DNA from: Balanoglossus misakiensis
Lineage: Eukaryota; Animalia; Hemichordata
Reading direction: 5' to 3'
Assembly (NCBI GenBank): GCA_040954595.2
Contig: CM082585.2
Coordinates: 5,481,808 to 5,545,807 of the forward strand
DNA length: 64,000 nucleotides
In this document: positions 1 to 13,600 of the stretch, in pieces
How the letters are laid out: the number at the start of each line of letters is the position of its first letter
Position numbering within the stretch: the stretch's first letter is position 1
Made by a program: the position numbers and the translations under genes
Notes under the pieces: generated by a model
What the model saw: only the letters and a program-made list of their open reading frames with translations
Told to the model about the DNA's origin: nothing
Database searches by the model: none

Positions 1-1665
1 ATAACCAGTGTCGATAAATTACAACTAATCAGATGGTGTTTTACCAAGATTCTGAGAGAAACCATCTGATTGGTGCCTGCTGATTTGTCTCCTAGGAAAC
101 AGGAAGAAACGCAATGATTGGATAATATGCAGACAGTTTTAAAGCGTGAATTTATCTGGTCTTCCTCATGTGTGTCTCCGTTTCTAATGATAGAGGAATC
201 GGCGAATTCATTTGAGCGTCAAATACGTGCGTGCGTGACAAGTGTTCAAGGTGTCGGGCTTTGTCAGTGACTGAACACATCCGGCGGGACGCGCGAGGCC
301 AAATCAGTATTCACGTCAGAGACAGATCGTAGCCGTCGGTTCGCACAAAATCATTCACCTTTGTGAAATTAGCCGAGCATTTGTCGGGGGGAAAAATTGA
401 CGTAGATGAGGTCCGAGCCCTCGAGGACTTCTTGAGCGTACTCTCATCCGTTGTAACCATGGCGATAAATTATCGGTAGGTCGTTGGAGGGATTGAAGTG
501 TAGTGTTGTATCGACAATTCAGGGTGTCGTGGTACCGATTGGATTTGACTGAAGTGAGCCTCTCTGGCTGTGTCAGATGATGTACTTCAATTTATCAGCT
601 TTTCATGCAAGTACACACAGTCAAAGGCTAGTTCTGTTTTAATAAAATCGGCGACGCATTGTCTCAGGAGGTAAAATGTTTCTCAGAATGATGATGAGCC
701 GAACTAATTGCCGTAACTTTGGCAACCTCCCAGTGTTGGTCAAAAATTTGGATCAACAATTTCACAGTTGACAAATATTTTTCACTGACTTCAACCTTTT
801 CCCTATTTTTGATCCACAGATCATTTTTCCTTCCTGTTAGTTATTTTTTTTGTAGTTTTGTTTCAAAAAAGGCTAAAAGTAACTGAATTTTCTGAAAATT
901 GATCAAATTTCCTCAGTATATATGACCTTTCACAGAGGTAATTGATTATCGACTTTCTCAGGGGTAATATTGATTATTGCCCTGCTCGGGGTCAATATTG
1001 ATCATGTCTGTACTATATGGCAAATGAAGTGAAAGAGAGGTTTCACAAGCATTTATGACATGATTGGCAGTATACGCAATATACATGTACTATAATATGT
1101 ATAAAGACATCAATAGGCAAATTCATGGAAAATTTATCATATGATATACTGTTTCATTACTATTCAACCGTTTTAAACGAGGTAGGCCAGAGGTACAATT
1201 GTTGGGTTTCATCAATAATTCAAATGACTAGTATAAGGTTTGTAATTTATGGTGAAATTTTGTGTTATGTTGCAGTGAATGTTTCAGACTGCGAGAAAAA
1301 GGTCATATAATGGCAATTTTTTATGTCGTTGTTTGACGTAGCTGGTAATTTGTATGTCAATATGTACTCTATCATTCTCTAACTGTCAATGAATCAAACT
1401 GTTCAACTATATTAATAATGAAAAATTTACCATGTTCACACAACATGTGGTGAATACACAGACTCTGTGAATCATGTAATGCATACTTGAGCACAAGGAG
1501 TGCAGCCAGGAACATTCATAAGCCACCTTCTCATTGGTTGAAAGCAATTGACAAGATACTAAGCAGCCAATCAGAAGTGTCCTGTCTTCAATGCACACGT
1601 GCTGTTGTACCTTCAGTGCGTAGATGGTAAATTTAGTTTTTTTCATTTGATTTTTTTCTCTCCAG

Positions 1666-4600
1666 ATTATCACACCATTCCGTACACTAATTTTATTCGC
1701 TGAACATCGGAAGGAAATGGAAGAGTGGATAAGTGCGTTAAAGTCCGTCCAAAGCAGAGAATATTATGAGGTATTTATAAAAGGAAAATACATTTTGGAC
1801 TACTTCTAGTACTTAATCTATTCTTTTCTGACAAAAATTGAACAGGCATTTGTTGTTGTACAGAAGACGGGGCAGATAGAATAAATTTTATTGAATTTTT
1901 TTTCCAAGAAAAAGACATATCTGTAGATATTTTTCCACCCAGAATTATCCAAATATCACAGATAAACCTACAAATTGTCGCAATTTTAGTTTTATAACAG
2001 TTGCTTGATTTTCTTAGTGTCTTCTTTTTTGAAAAAATAAATTTCAGCCCACGAGTGACCATGTTGATGCTATATCAGGGATGCATAATTGGTATGCATG
2101 TTCGCATGCAAGACCAACTTACTGTAATGTCTGTCGCGAGGCTTTGTCCGGTGTGACGTCTCATGGATTGTCCTGTGAAGGTAAGCAGAGTTTCACCCCA
2201 CCACCACTACACCTCACCACCCCCCTCCCTATATGGAATAGCTGTAGTCCAGGAACCACCACACCTCACCCTCCCCTCAAACATGGAAAACCTGTAGTCA
2301 ATTTACTGTGTACTTTCTGTATTTAAATTACTGTAAAACACTTTATTTTCGCGAGTTTATTTTATATGGAAAAGTAACTTTGCGGTCACAAAAAATTTGG
2401 CGGGGTAAACACCTTGTTTTTAGATAAATTTTCAAAGATTCACTAAGAATAAGATGACAACTGCGGTTGCAAAAATAAACAAATTGACCGTATAAAATTT
2501 GAGTCTGACAAAAAATATTGAAATTACGGTCATGGCATCAAGGTTTACTGCAAATGGCACTTTTTCTCAATTTCCATGGTGGCTGCAATTGCCCTGCCTG
2601 AATGCCCTTTATTCCCAGAAAAAAACTGACAGACCCAAAGTTAGCTTATTTAGAGCAATGCCCCAAGGTTCTTGCAATGGAGGAGTGCCATTGCCATGCC
2701 AACCGTTTGCGGCCAGGGTCTCTTCGTAATCCGCTCGGATGTGCTTACTACAAAATGAGCAAACTTTTCAAGGTACTGTACAGTATCAAGTACACGTGGA
2801 GGTCATTAAAGCCGAAAGTGTCCTTCATACATAAGTACGCAGAGAAAATGGCCACTAAAATTTTCAGGAAATGATTTTCTATAACTATTCCACCCCGCTG
2901 AAATAAATCTGGATTGTTTTCTCACCCAAAGTGTGTATTTTTAATTGACGTTGTCACGTTTTGTGTGCAAAGTAGGTTTCAAGAGGTTTGCTTGCACAGT
3001 TTGCTTGTTTTTGCAGTTGAAAGCTTATTGCCGCATTTCACTTTGAGATCATTTGAAGTGCTTCAGAATGTTTAACTTGCAAGAGAAGTGGCCAATTAAT
3101 GAGGGCAGGTTTCTGAAAATGAATTCCAACTGCTTTTCATCGGTTTATTTGGTGATTCTTGTGGTATAGCGCCGCGGAAAATGGCCAATTGCAGAAATTG
3201 ATTTTCTTCAAAATGTAAATGTCATGTATTCATATGGGGAGGAACAGCAGTTTTCAAGTTATATTGAATTCTTGAATTTCTACCTGACCCTGCACAAAAA
3301 AGAAAGCAATTATGGTAATTGCCATCATCGTGACCCTGATACTTGCTCTACTGTCGAAAATTAATTTGAAACATAGACAGTAGCCCAACCAAGGTCACCT
3401 TCATTTGATTGAACGAAGGTGACCTTCAAGAGACCACCACAAGCACTCAGACGAGATTACTTCGCGACGGTTCTTGTATCCAGGGAATAATCATCCGTGA
3501 CCGATTTCCGGGAAAATGGCCGTGAATTACAAGAAAACATGGATGACTGCACTTCCAGTCGAGCAATCGGCCTCCATGGTTACAAAAGGGATGCGAAAGC
3601 ATGTGCATGTCTAATACAGATGTTCCGACGAATCAATAGTCAATGACATCCCTTGAAGGCTTGCAAGCGGTCGCAGCAGAGAGGCCATTCTGATCTGGGG
3701 GAGTAATTGAATTTTGTCTTCTCGCTTTTTGTATTCGCAGTATGCAAATTCAAAGCTCACAAGCGTTGTGCAGTGAGAGCGCTTGCAAACTGTAAGTGGT
3801 CGACGCTGGCAACGGTCGGAAATGAAGTCATAGAGGATGAGGACGGGGTAAGTTTACAACCTTCAACCCCTTTTTAAAAATGGTATGGTCCCATTAGTGA
3901 CTGGTCAAAAGGATAATTTTGATCAAGGCTTCGTAAGAGCATTTTCCAATTATTTTTTTTAAACGTGACATTTACATGTGCAGTGGAGCGTGATGGCCCC
4001 ATTTCATGTTGAACTCTCCCACGGACATGTTTTCAGGAGAATTTTCTTCTTTTTCATCTTCTAACAAAATCACAGACTCAATGTTCAACCAAAGCAGTGA
4101 ATGTAGCTGCGTGTCAACATTTTCAGGGACAACCCTGTTGAAAGAACATGCTAAAATGGCTCAGAAAATGGTTTGATTTGCGGAGAGTTCTGTCATTGGT
4201 TTTTTGTTTCAATAATTTTTAATATTCATTATCCATAATTTGTCTCCTATTATGGATCGAGTTTGTCTCAAGATTGTGTGTCTTTCAAGGAAAATTTGAA
4301 GTATCTGTACAATAATGTAGGAAATAAAGAAGTTCAACTTCAATTGAGCCTTTCTACTTCAAAATGGCCATCAGACAAAGCACCCATGAGATTTTCTAAC
4401 ACCAATTTCTTTGCCATCCTAGATATCCATGCCTCACCAGTGGTTAGAAGGAAACTTGCCAGTCAGTGCCAAATGTATAGTTTGCGACAAAACGTGCGGC
4501 AGTGTGCTCCGACTTCAAGACTGGAGATGTTTATGGTGCAAAGTTATGGTCAGTTCTCATAAATATTCATAGCTATAAACAGTCACATGGTACATTTTCC

Positions 4601-7600
4601 ACCAGTCAAAAACCAAATGAGTTAATTTGCGTATTTTACTCACTGTGAATTAAATATTCATAACTATCAGCAGTCACATGGTGTATTTTCAACCAGTCAA
4701 AAGCCAAAGAGGTTAATTTGCATATGTTACTCGCTGACCACGTGCAGAAATATCTGCAGCTGTTCGTTATTATCTGGCGCCTGAATTAGTTTCTGTTTTT
4801 GTAGTTAAATATCACAGACTAGTCTTCAGTCTTTCTTTTGATATGCTCAAGAAATCTAAATCTGTCTTCGGTGCTGTGCCTTGAAGTTTAAAATTTGAGG
4901 AAAAGACTCGTGAAATGAGAATTGACAGAACTAGCAATCGCAAGACGAGAGATGACAATCAAATTTCTCTCCAATATAGGTGCATAAACAGTGCAGGTCA
5001 ATGAGAATTGACAGAACAAGCAATCGCAAGACAAGAGAGATGACCATCAAATTTCTTTCCAATTCAGGTGCATACACAGTGCAGATCGCAGTTGGCCAAG
5101 AAGTGTCCGCTGGGACAGTGCCGGGTGTCGCTCATCCCGCCGACGGCGCTTCACTGCGTGGATTCTGATGGCTACTGGGTGGCCGAGAGGGCCAGCTGCA
5201 AGAGTCCGCTGCTGGTGTTTGTGAATTCCAAAAGTGGAGATAATCAGGGAGTTCGTTTTCTTCGCCGTTTCAAACAACTTCTCAATCCTGCTCAGGTCTT
5301 TGATTTAATGAATGGCGGACCGCATTTGGGGTGAGTGTCCTACAGTTGAGAATTAGGCGCAGTTCTTTTTCTATTTTTTGTTCAAATTTGACTTATTTAC
5401 AATATTCCCTGATGCTGAAACAAACAAGTTTTATCATTCATTGATCGCATACTCTCCCACCTTTCAAAAATATTAATTTGTAACTTTTGTCGACATTCAG
5501 AAAATGTGAACTTTCTCCTCCAAATTTTCTACAAAAAATTGAATGATATGAAGAAACATACGTTTTTGACATCAAGCTTAAATTACTATTTTACTTCAAA
5601 TAAAAATTAAAAAAGAAACTTTCTCAACTTCCCACTTTCTCAACAGGTTACGCTTATTCCAGAAATTTGAAACATTCCGTGTAATTATCGCCGGTGGTGA
5701 CGGCAGTGTGGGATGGGTTCTGGCGGAAATGGACAAAATGGACGTCCACAAGAAGGTAATTGGATATGCTAATTAATGACTACATGTACCTGCGTTTAGA
5801 ACTTTAATGTTTCCAAATGATCATAATGATATCAAATGTGTACATTAGTGGTATTAAGAGTTGAGTGTATAACACCATGTATCAGATGGTACTCATAGTG
5901 ATTCGGAAACACACAATTTTCGGACGTGCAGACATTTTATCCAGATGGTGTATTTACTTCTATGTGGAAATTTACATTTACGTGAGCAAGAACTTTGTCC
6001 TACCTTCTCAATGCTGCGTAAGAACCAATCTTGCGTTTAGGCTGTAAAAAAAATTGTGATTTACGACGAGGGAAATCTAGGTTGAAAGTTATAGTCAGTT
6101 TCGGTGGATTGGACTATTTTTCTGAGTACAAAGTTCGGCTTTGACTGAAAATGAGATCGTGATGAATCACGTGACTGATAATGTGTGCAAAAGTAAGATG
6201 TAGGACATGTATTGAAAGTAAACACTAGATGACAAGGACTGTTTCTTCAAACAAAAGGGATAGCTGACGTGTGTGCTTGACAATACTTGACTGTATTATA
6301 TAGTCAGCAATACTGTCTCATCATTGATAGAGTTGCCATGACACCCTGGTGTAAACTTCACCCATGCGGCAATCAGCGAGATGGTGATGATTCTAAAAAT
6401 GGAATTAATACAACCATCTACGTATGTCAACAACTCAATTGGAAAAGAAAAAAAAATCTGTCCACTTATTAACTTCCTCTTCGCGAGGTAAAAATTTCTC
6501 GGAAAGGGACAAACATGTTGTAATGCATTTCCTTCGCCTTGCCGAGGGGGAACAGAGGAGATTCTAATTTTAGCCCGTGGCACGGTGGTAATTTCTGATT
6601 TGATTCCCGAGAGGGTTAGAGATCTACGTCAGCTTTGATGTTACAATTACTTAGACTCGGCCCCGGGGTCTTCCTGCCAATGTTTGTTTATAAAATGATG
6701 TGCAGATTACGAGACTTGGGGGGTGAGCTTGTAAAACGTCCATCTTGCAGAAAGGATGTCACAGAGGGGTTGTTATGGCAACGTATTCATTCTCGCAGAG
6801 AGAGAGAGAGATAAATCGGAGTTTCCCAAACACAAGGACGCCCGACAGGTGTCTTCAGTGTTTAAGCTGAAAATCGTCTTCGGAGATATGCTGACATTTA
6901 CATCAAACTGAGAAAATGCACGGCGTTTATACAGCACAGAAACACGAACATAATAAATTGATTATTGTAAACTAACGTGACTTATCAACGTTTTCGCCTT
7001 TGCAGTGCCAAATAGGAGTGCTCCCCCTGGGGACGGGTAACGATTTGGCCAGGGTGCTGGGGTGGGGTACGGTCATCGATGACGACGCGCAACTACCAAC
7101 AATAATTGAAAAACTCGAGAGAGCAAGAACCACCATGTTAGATAGGTACGTATAATGACACCCTACTGTCGACTTATACATTACTTTAACATTTGCCTTA
7201 ATACAGGAGCATGATATTTGTTTAAATATGGACGGTGTTCTCACAATTCCCTCCTTTTCATGTTATTATATGTGGGTACAAAATCATTCTCTTTATAGCC
7301 AGAAGCAATACCAAACTGAGATAAGTCATATCAAAAGTAAATCTACACATTGTTTGTGGATATTGAAAGACAAATATAGCGCTCACTAAAATATTTACTT
7401 TGCGTGCAGTCGGAAATATCTCAACAAATTCATCTTTGGTTGCTTGCTTTCTAAAGGTCATCTTATCGTAACAGCGTTTAAATTTCTTTGTTTTGCGAAG
7501 TCACGCAATCAGCGCAGCACTTACAGTAGCTCTTATCAAGCGTCGCTTTCTCTGTACATCACTGAAATCACCTCTTGTCTGCTGCCCTCAACAGGTGGAG

Positions 7601-10600
7601 TATCATGGTGCGGGAGAACCCCGAACCGTACAGGTACGAGTCGGCCGTGTCGACGGAGGATATCAAGCACACCGATTTTAGAGACGCGGCTGATGTGGAA
7701 GCCGCCATCTCCAATTACGAAGACTCCATGGCCGAACATCTGGCCAAGATCTTGCAGTCAGATAAGCATTCAGTTGTTATATCATCTGCAAAGTGAGTGT
7801 CAATATCATTTAATCAATCAATCAATCAATTAATCAATCAGTCAATCTATCTATCAACCAACTAGCCTATCAGGCAGTCATTCAATTTAATTTATCAATC
7901 AGTCAATTAATTATCAATCAATAACTCAACCAGTCAATCAATCCATCAATCCTTAGTTAATCAATCAGTTAATCGAACAATACATCACCAGTTAGTTTAT
8001 CAATCAGATCATCCATAAAATTTGTCAATAAGTCACCTATCTATCAGTGAATCAGTCACTTAGTCGGTCATTCAGTCAGTCAGTCAATCAATCAATCAAT
8101 CAATCAATCACTTCAAGTAATCAATCAATCAATCACTTCAATCAATCAATCACTTCAAGTAATCAATCAATCAATCAATCAATCAGTCAAGCATTCAAGT
8201 GCTGGTAAAAAAAAGAAAGAACTGAATCTTTTTCTGTTTCCATGCAGGGTGCTTTGTAAAACAGTGAAGAAGTTTGTTGCCCAAGTCGGAGCCGGTTACT
8301 GTGAACACAGCTCTGACTCCAACGAGGCTGAAACCATGAAACAGAAGGTAAATGATTCGTTCTCAGAACTTGCCTCTCCATATTAGTTAATCCTGGTGCT
8401 TGCAATGGAATGGTACACCTGGTTTATGCTAATTTCGGTGGTGCTATACAGCCAATCACTTTTGGTGTATACAGAAATACATCACAGGGAACTTTTCTCT
8501 GGTAGATCAGTTGTTATTGGTTAAGATAACAATGTATGCACTGATAATGTCATCATGCCTTCAGTGTTTCGTGTTATCAGCTTGGTCTTCATATGAAGTA
8601 CAGTCAAACCTCTCTATAGTGGCCAGTCAAGGGTCTTTTATAAAATGGCCTTTATAGAGAGGTGACCTTTATATAGAGGTTAATTAACACACACGTGAAT
8701 TGCACAGGGACTGTAACAAAGTGGCCACTATATAGGGGTGGCCACTAACAGAGGTTTGTATTTTCATCTCGTGAGATATCAACCATAGTTTGCTACTTCT
8801 TGCCTCCAGTGTGCTGTCCTGAACGAGAAACTGGAGTCCCTCCTCCAGACGCTGAACGAGGAGTCGAACGCCACGCCCATCCCCGCCGGCATGCCCGTGT
8901 CGCAGTACGTCAAGGAGATGGAGTCGCCGAAAGAAGCCAACCACAAGGAAGAGAAAGAGGTGGACGAGATCGAAGAGGATAGCGACAGCAACGTGGGATC
9001 CCTGGATAAGGACACCATGCCGGAAGTGCCCACCCGGATTTTCAAACCGCGGGACGCACTGATGCTACGGGCCAATAGCTTGAAGAAGGCTGTCCGGCAG
9101 ATCATTGAACAGACTGAAAAAGGTACTGGTCAGATTCTAGGATACAAGATTTTTTTGTGTCTCAGATATTCTCCAATGGGACGTTAGAACATTGACAGAG
9201 CCTGTGTTTATATTATTGCAAAGATGTTCTTTTAGACATGGTTACTTATTCAATGGGAACTGGAAGAGCTAATTTAGTTGAATGGTTTGGTCCAAATCCA
9301 TTGTTTCCTGTGGTAAAATTGGACATCTAAAGAGGGAAACAGGGGTGATAGGTATAAAGACTTTTGTTGACTGGTCCAAAAATTAAAGGTAAAATGTGTA
9401 GAAACCATGATCATTTACTTGGATGATATTTGCCGTTGAACTCTGACAATACACACAGAATTTATGTCATCACATAAAACATTCAGAAATTTCAGAATAT
9501 TAATGCTGCTGTATCTTTGAGGTTTCTTGTGGTTGTTGATTTCTGTATGACATTCTGAGTTCACAGTCAAATATTCGTGTCCTTTTTAGCTGTGGATGAA
9601 CAGAATGCCCACACGCAAGAACAAGAAACCCTGGCGATAGTCGCAGAGGGCGTCCCGTCAACCAGCAAGGAGGTCCCCAGCATCGTCGCACCCAGCATCG
9701 AGGTTACCGTGACGATGGACGAGCCCGAGGAGGAGGAGGTGAAACCGAGCACCAGCGACTCGGAGCCGATGGAGGTGGACCGACTGAGCGTTGGAGGAGG
9801 AGGGGGAGGGGAGGCGGCCGCAGAGGCAGAAGCGAGGGGCACCAAGACGCCGGGCAGTCGCAGCCCCCTCATGGCTCTCAGGAAACACTTTTCGGGCTAC
9901 TCCGCAGGGGCCAAGGCCAAGAGCGAAAGGAAGAAAATGGGTAAGTTGGAGGCCGTATATGAACCCCTGAAAGTAGACAAAAGTGTAGTCAGCGGTTTCA
10001 TTGCGTTTGTGAGGTTTTATAATGACCTAGATCACAGTACACCAAATCATGTTTACACAACTCATAATTTTATCAGAAACATTTGAAAATTTCTGCAGCC
10101 TATAACTGAGCTGTTCATTTTCCTATGATAACATCTGTTTACCCCACCATGATTTCTTTCTTTCTGTAATCTGATTATTTTTCAGTCATGATCATCTTTT
10201 TTTTTCGTAACTTAGCTTCTACTTCTTTTCCTTCCTTGTAGAAAAAGAGTTACTGAAACTCTCTCCAGATAGCCTACAAATGCGTAGGATCAGTCACGGT
10301 AGCACGCTGTTGCCACCGACAACTGGCCCCATCGGTTTGTCTAGTAGAATAAGTAGCATGGAGAACATATCTGCCCTGCCAGGCAAGTTGGTTTCTGTCT
10401 TCCTGAGATGTGGACATAGGTGGAGTGGAGTTTTCTGTCTGTGATAGTATCGTGAACCCTGATTGGCTGTGGTAAAGTGATGTCGTTGTGCAATTGGCTG
10501 GTTGGAATCACGTGACTGGTCATGTGATGGCAGTGCACCAATCGGAGCTGCTGTACCTGCAATGTGTGCATGTGCTTTTGTGTATCGGAGTCGGTGATTC

Positions 10601-13600
10601 GTCTGTGGACCATTCCCCTCTGCTGTTGGTAGTTGTTGTGGCTGGAAAGAGAGCACTTGCTTGTCAGAGTATACCTGCTGTAACCCTTGGTCTCGTGTTG
10701 AGAAAGCGCCCTCAACGTGGCACTCCATGTAGCTTAATTTCCACTGAGTAACGCATGGCTTTATCCTTAGCACAGCAGCAATGCTTGTCGCTTGATCTTC
10801 CCCAAAAGTTCCGTGTCGGTCACACACTCTGTGACAACTTCCCTTTTCCCCAAGAATGCAGTCGGGCTGCTGGTCAGAAACCACTGGCTGAAATCTGTGC
10901 AGAATCACTCCAATGTAAATGTCTCCCCGACCACCAATGTGTTTGTAGCTGTAGAGTTGAGCAATTACCATCTTGGAGTTTTGAAGCCATCTTGCATATA
11001 CACACACGCACAAACAAATTTTGAAAAAATTCTAAAATGGTAATAAAAATCTTAAAAAGATCCAAAATGGTGATCGACGGTGACATCTTTTCCAGTTCTA
11101 TTTTCATCTCATTTCTTCCTCACTATTTTTTCCCCATCGTACAGGACTTGAAACCCTCTTCTCGTCACTCTCAAAGGGTACTCCTGTTATGAGCAAAAGT
11201 ACGTTGTGGTTTTTCTACAAGAAACCTGATTTAGCAGGCAACAGGGCTCCCCTTATTTTCCCTGGACACATACAGTATGAGAGAATGAAATCACATTCTT
11301 GGGCATGTCATTTGAACAGATCAGTGGTGTTAGACTGGGCCATGTAACCGCTTTATGTATACTGACCGTAGGTAATATCTGCGAACTTGACCCTGGCGAT
11401 ATTCTAAAACTCTGTTGCTTGTTGCTCTATTTCATTTGTATTTAACTCTGATGTTTACAGACATACACATGCAACTCCAATCCTCTGACCAGTGACTAAT
11501 ATTCAGTGAACATTTTAGTATTCTGTTGTTGTTTCTTGTCAATTTTCACCCTGCTTTGTATTAGATGTAATGTGCCGTAGCTATCACCTGGTGTGAAAAT
11601 CTGTTGACTATATTTTTCACTCATTCTAGAAATGTTGCACCTCTGTCCCAATCTTCTTCATTCAGTTCCATCAATAGAAGTCCAAACTGATGTATGTTAC
11701 ACTTCGAAGGACCAGTTCTGATCAAATGGGAGCGCAGTGCCATTGATGCTATTTTTTCTCAATCTATCAAATGTAACCTGTCTTTTCATATAAAGAAAAC
11801 TACATGTTTGTTTTTATTCATCTACCGGTACAAGCCCCTTTAAAGAAGTATTCAAATCACTAGGATCTACCAGAGTTAGCTTGTCCTAGTATTAACTAGA
11901 CGTTGGCATTTCTGCTTGCCCTACAGGTATAAGTGGTGGTTTAGCTGGTTTAGCAGGTGGCAATTTAATCAGTAAAGTTTTGCTGGCCAATGCAGATGCT
12001 TTGTGTGCCCCTGCCTCACCTCTGATGGACCAAGACATGGCTGATGTGTAAGTATTTTAAAATAGACCCCTTTCATGACCCCTTTCATGACCTTTACATC
12101 CTGGTGTTTTGTTGGTATAACATCAAGCATCATTCAACATTACGTGTGATATTCACCCTTTTTTAACAGACCAAGTTCATATTTTTGTTCTAGGGTGAAT
12201 TAGAATGCTCAAATTCGACAGCAAGGTAGACTGTCCCAGAGTTAAAACTTCAAAACTGTAAACACATGTATGCCCACAAAATGCCAGGATGTAAAGTTAG
12301 GGGTCATGAAAGTGGCCTGTTTAAGTCATTCTGGGTCTTACTTTTGGTCACAGAAAAGAACTCGAGCCTAGTGGGAGGAATATGTGTATTGGATCCTTGT
12401 CAAAAGGGCTGGTTTGCTGAAATTCTGTTTCTTCCTTTTAGAGGCAGTCAGTCACCTGCAGAGTCCAGCCCAGAATTCAGCGATCGGCTGATAGTATACG
12501 AGCATTTTTTCAAAAATCTTTTTGTCTCCTGCAGGGAGGGCTTTGACGAACGATATGTGATGAATAACTACTTTGGGATCGGCCTGGATGCCAAGATCGC
12601 CCTGGATTTCCACAACAAACGCGAGGAACACCCGGAAAAATGCAGGTTGGTTGACAAAGTCTCTCTCTCGCCGACGCTGCCCCTTTTCCATTAATTATGT
12701 TTGCTACAAGACAATGTTTATGTTAATGTACATGTGGATGTATATAGTGAATCAACGTTCAACCACACACAACTTCAATCCCAGTAGAGAGGGGGGATGA
12801 ATAATGGCAGGTGATGCTAATGATGAACTTTTTCATTGTTTCCTGGTAGGAGTCGCAAGAAATGCAAGACCTGGTACGGGATCTTTGCTGGGAAAGAATT
12901 CTTGCAGAGAACGTCCAAGAATTTACATGAACGAATACAGTTAGAGGTAAATATATGTAGGGTATCATCTGTCGCCAAATGATTAATTCTTGTTGTTTGT
13001 ATGAGTCATAGGTTTAACCGTCTGTGTGTATCTGTTTACAGTGTGATGGTCAGCGAATACCGTTGCCAACGCTACAGGGCATCGTTGTACTCAACATTCC
13101 AAGCTACATGGGCGGCTACAACTTCTGGGGAGGGAGAAAGGAAGATTCGGTAAGTTGTCAGTAGATCGTCTTTGCCACATTCTGCTCACAGTACACCCCT
13201 ATGTTGCTAAATTGGATTAATCAATTTGACAACAGCTCATTTCTAATGCTGTGAAATAATTTTGTTCTTTTAAAAATTTAAAGCTTGACCATTGCTGAAT
13301 GTTACAGAGATATGCAATAATTGATCACTTTCTGTACACATAAGTTTCCTTCTTCAAAAATGAACCTTTGTGAGTCGAAGTCACATGGTCTAATACCACA
13401 GCTTCTGTAATTTTCAAAAACATCTTTATTTTTTCTTCAGAATTTCACAAAGCCGTCATTTGACGACAAAATCCTAGAAGTGGTTGCTGTCTATGGTGTG
13501 ACCCACATGGCCATGTCACGTCTGATGAGCGTACAACACCACAGAATTGCACAGGTAACAACTCTCTTGCAGACAGATTTTAGAGTGAGATCATTCACAG

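Noticed and set aside
180-670. CpG-rich stretch ending in a donor-like gag|gtaaaa
   Set aside because: No in-frame ORF joining the PH exon; might be a non-coding alternative first exon but cannot be supported.
10294-11013. 239-aa minus-strand ORF in DGK intron
   Set aside because: Non-ATG start, no recognisable domain or coding-like composition; treated as chance, though not excluded.
11666-11691. Additional DGK mini-exon
   Set aside because: 26 nt, breaks the frame with the flanking phase-1 exons.
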